Source of the DNA: Nannocystis bainbridge
GTDB taxonomy: Bacteria; Myxococcota_A; Polyangia; Nannocystales; Nannocystaceae
DNA: 64,000 bases
Assembly: GCF_028368995.1 (NCBI RefSeq)
Contig: NZ_JAQNDL010000003.1
Coordinates: 2,336,001 to 2,400,000, forward strand
Direction of reading: 5' to 3'
This document shows positions 61,575 through 64,000 of the stretch, one piece after another. Below the pieces are notes generated by a model, which saw only the letters and a list, made by a program, of their open reading frames with translations, did no database searches and was not told the origin of the DNA. Every line of letters begins with the position of its first letter. The stretch's first letter is position 1. Made by a program: the position numbers and the translations under genes.

Positions 61575-63407
61575 ATGCAGCCGGAAGTCTACGCCTGGGA
61601 GTTCGACATCCCCGTCGCCCGACCCTCGCTGTGGGCCTTCGTGTCCGACACCGAGCGGCTCAACCGGCTGGCCGGGGTGTTCCCGGTCCACTATCAATAC
61701 AAGCCGCTCGACAGCGGCGGCAGCGAGGTCGTCGCCGAGGCGCGCACGGCGGGCATGCTGCTGCGGTGGGTCGAGCGCCCGTGCGAATGGGTCGAGCCGG
61801 AGTACTTCCGCTTCACCCGCGATTACAGCAAGGGCCCGTTCGTGCGCCTGGTGTCCGAGGTCCGCCTGCGCGACGGCGACCGGCCCGGCACCACCCGGTT
61901 GACGCACACGATCACCGTGACCCCGCGCCACTTCGTCGGTCGCATGCTCGCGCGGGTGGCCATCGGCGTGCAGACGAAGGCCGGCTTCGCCCGCGCCTAC
62001 GCCCTCGCGCCGCAGTGGGCGGCCGGGCAAGAGCTGCCGGCGATCGGCAGCGAGCGCCTGCCGCCGCGCGGGTTCGCGGCCCGCGAGCTGCGGCGCGTGC
62101 TGGTGCCGCTGGCCCATCGCCTCGGTGAGCCGCAATTGGCCGAGCTGCTGACGCATCACCTGCTGAGCAAGCCCGACAGCGAGCTCGACAGCCTGTCGCC
62201 GTACACGCTGGCGCGCGCGTGGCAGGTCGAGCGCGGGCCGCTGCTGCGGCTGTTCCTCCACGCCACCAAGGCCGGCCTGTTCGACCTGCAGTACCACCTG
62301 ATCTGCCCGTCGTGCCGGCGCAGCAAGGCCAACGTCACCAGCCTGGCCGACCTGCGCGAGGAGGGCCACTGCCCGAGCTGCAACATCCGCTTCGGCGTCG
62401 ATTTCGACCGCGCGGTCGAGGTCCGCTTCTCGCCGCGCCCGCTCGGGGTCGGCGAGGACGCCGCGGAATACTGCCACGCCGGTCCGCGCAACACGCCGCA
62501 CCGCGTCGCCGGTTGGAACTTCGAGCCAGGTACTTCGAGACAGGTCGAGACCACGCTCGAGCCCGGCCGCCACCAATTGCTGTCGCCGCAGGCCGGCTCG
62601 GTCTACTTCGAGGTCGTCGACGACGCCGACGCGCCGCGCGAGGCAGCGCTGACCCTCGCCGCCGACGGGCTGTCGGGCGCGCCCGAGCGGGTGCGCGCGG
62701 GCACGGTCCGCTTCGCCGTCGAAAGCCGGTTCGCCGCGCTCGCCGAGCTGATGATCGCGCGCGCCAAGTGGGCCGACGACGCGGTCACCGTGGCCGAGCT
62801 GACGGCCATGCAGGAGTTCCGCGAGCTGTTCGGCAGCGAGCTCCTGGCCCCCGGCGCCGAGTTCTCGATCCAGAACATGGTGTTCCTGTTCACCGACCTG
62901 GTCGGCTCGACCGCGATGTACGAGCGGCTCGGCGACGCGGCGGCGTTCGACCTGGTGCGCCGCCACTTCGACCTGCTGTCCGACATCTATTCGCAGCACG
63001 GCGGCGCGCTGGTCAAGACGATCGGTGACGCGATCATGGCGGTGTTCCGCCGCGGCGACGACGCCCTCCGCGCGGCGCTGGCGATGCACGCCAAGGTCCC
63101 TGCGCTGCGCGAGGCCGAGGGCGGCGCCGGCCTGGCCCTGCGCATCGGCCTCCACCGCGGGCCCTGCATCGCCATGACCGCCAACGAGCGCATCGACTAC
63201 TTCGGCACCACGGTCAACACCGCCGCCCGCGTGCAGGGCATCGCCGGCGGCCACGAGGTCGCGCTCAGCCCGGCCATGCTCGAGCTGCCCGAGGTCCGCG
63301 CCGCCCTCGCCGCGACCAGGCTGCCCGCCCGCACCGAGGAGCTGAAGCTCAAGGGCCTGTCCGGCCGCCACGCGATCTCGATCGTCGAGGTGCCGCAGGG
63401 CGAGTGA
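61575..63407 (+). CDS. Class III adenylate/guanylate cyclase with N-terminal SRPBCC-like and CxxC (DUF5939-like) domains
   Basis: W.FVSDTERLNR; CPSC x2; LFTDLVGST.MY, VKTIGDAIMA, RIGLH.GP, DYFG.TVN.AAR. Confidence 0.92.
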   Translation: MQPEVYAWEFDIPVARPSLWAFVSDTERLNRLAGVFPVHYQYKPLDSGGSEVVAEARTAGMLLRWVERPCEWVEPEYFRFTRDYSKGPFVRLVSEVRLRDGDRPGTTRLTHTITVTPRHFVGRMLARVAIGVQTKAGFARAYALAPQWAAGQELPAIGSERLPPRGFAARELRRVLVPLAHRLGEPQLAELLTHHLLSKPDSELDSLSPYTLARAWQVERGPLLRLFLHATKAGLFDLQYHLICPSCRRSKANVTSLADLREEGHCPSCNIRFGVDFDRAVEVRFSPRPLGVGEDAAEYCHAGPRNTPHRVAGWNFEPGTSRQVETTLEPGRHQLLSPQAGSVYFEVVDDADAPREAALTLAADGLSGAPERVRAGTVRFAVESRFAALAELMIARAKWADDAVTVAELTAMQEFRELFGSELLAPGAEFSIQNMVFLFTDLVGSTAMYERLGDAAAFDLVRRHFDLLSDIYSQHGGALVKTIGDAIMAVFRRGDDALRAALAMHAKVPALREAEGGAGLALRIGLHRGPCIAMTANERIDYFGTTVNTAARVQGIAGGHEVALSPAMLELPEVRAALAATRLPARTEELKLKGLSGRHAISIVEVPQGE

Positions 63408-63486
63408 CCGTTCGGGAATGTCCTCTAGGGCATGTTCTTCGAGACATGCACCAAAGTGCATGCCCCTTCGGACATGCTCCGAGACC
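63405..63486. repeat. 14-bp periodic CATG-N10 array
   Basis: AATG at 63417; CATG at 63431, 63445, 63459 and 63473, between convergent genes. Confidence 0.9.
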
Positions 63487-63489
63487 GCG

Positions 63490-64000
63490 TCACAGCGAGA
63501 CGCCGAGCACGAAGCCGGGCCACACGCGCATCTCGTAAGGATCGATCGGGACCCGCTGCAGGGTCCACCCGTAGCCCATGCGCTGACGCCCGCCCTGGAG
63601 GTCGACGTCGAGGTTGAGGGTCGGGCCGCCCCACACCGCGAGGCGACGGTTGTCCTGCCAGCCGAACATCACGCGCAGGCTGCCAAGCACCGAGGGGTTG
63701 TCGCGGAACTTGAACTTCGGCTGCTGCCAGTAACTGCCGAGGTCGATGTCGAGATAAAACCGCTGCTTGATCGGGATGTGGCCGCCGAAGCCGAGGCCCG
63801 ACATGAAGCCGCGGCCCTCGCCGCCCGGGTGCAGGCCGATCGCCAGGAACGAATAGGTGTACTTGGCGCGGAACTTGACCGCGAGGTTGAAGGCCGCGAT
63901 GTCCGAGGTCCAGATGTCGGCATAGATGCCGCCCTTGCGGGTGATGTTGAGGACGCCGATCTGCGCGTCAGCCTCGTCGGCGTAGTTGAACACGCCGACC
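63490..64000 (-). CDS. Outer-membrane/surface-repeat protein, C-terminal part (LA_2272-like; partial)
   Basis: VFNYADEADAQIGVLNI repeat followed by beta-barrel strands ending WPGFVLGVSL; open beyond the window end. Confidence 0.7.
   Translation of the reverse strand, partial: VGVFNYADEADAQIGVLNITRKGGIYADIWTSDIAAFNLAVKFRAKYTYSFLAIGLHPGGEGRGFMSGLGFGGHIPIKQRFYLDIDLGSYWQQPKFKFRDNPSVLGSLRVMFGWQDNRRLAVWGGPTLNLDVDLQGGRQRMGYGWTLQRVPIDPYEMRVWPGFVLGVSL

Noticed and set aside
59721-63407. 1228-aa ORF
   Set aside because: The first half is an alternate frame of the IgGFc-binding gene; the cyclase starts at 61575.

Overview
Very GC-rich bacterial DNA, inferred to be from a myxobacterium (Nannocystis-like) because of a MYXO-CTERM protease, ADYC-domain proteins, TPR-bearing Ser/Thr kinases and ECF sigma factors. 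It holds about 48 CDS. These include a DUF4384/WD40-caspase cluster, glutathione peroxidase, a class II photolyase, a Tat-exported molybdoenzyme operon, four receptor-like kinases, three ADYC paralogues, an AtzD/barbiturase-family plus ureidoglycolate-lyase-like pair, a hydrolase-ThDP enzyme fusion, an SdpAB/HTTM-like locus, gshB and an adenylate cyclase. Best candidate for an undescribed system: a minus-strand array of 7 tRNA genes (Pro, 5x Leu-type, Tyr; several non-canonical) preceded by an unannotated 25-codon ORF, MAGLLLLPELLDPRPYLRLLPYLPR. Seventeen of its 25 residues are Leu, Pro or Tyr, the amino acids of the array, which suggests a leader peptide that controls a backup tRNA operon. 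Second: a palindromic 14-mer, TGTCCnnnnGGACA, recurs across the window, often as head-to-tail arrays with CATG every 14 bp, both between and inside genes. All product calls come from motif recognition by eye; no database searches were run.
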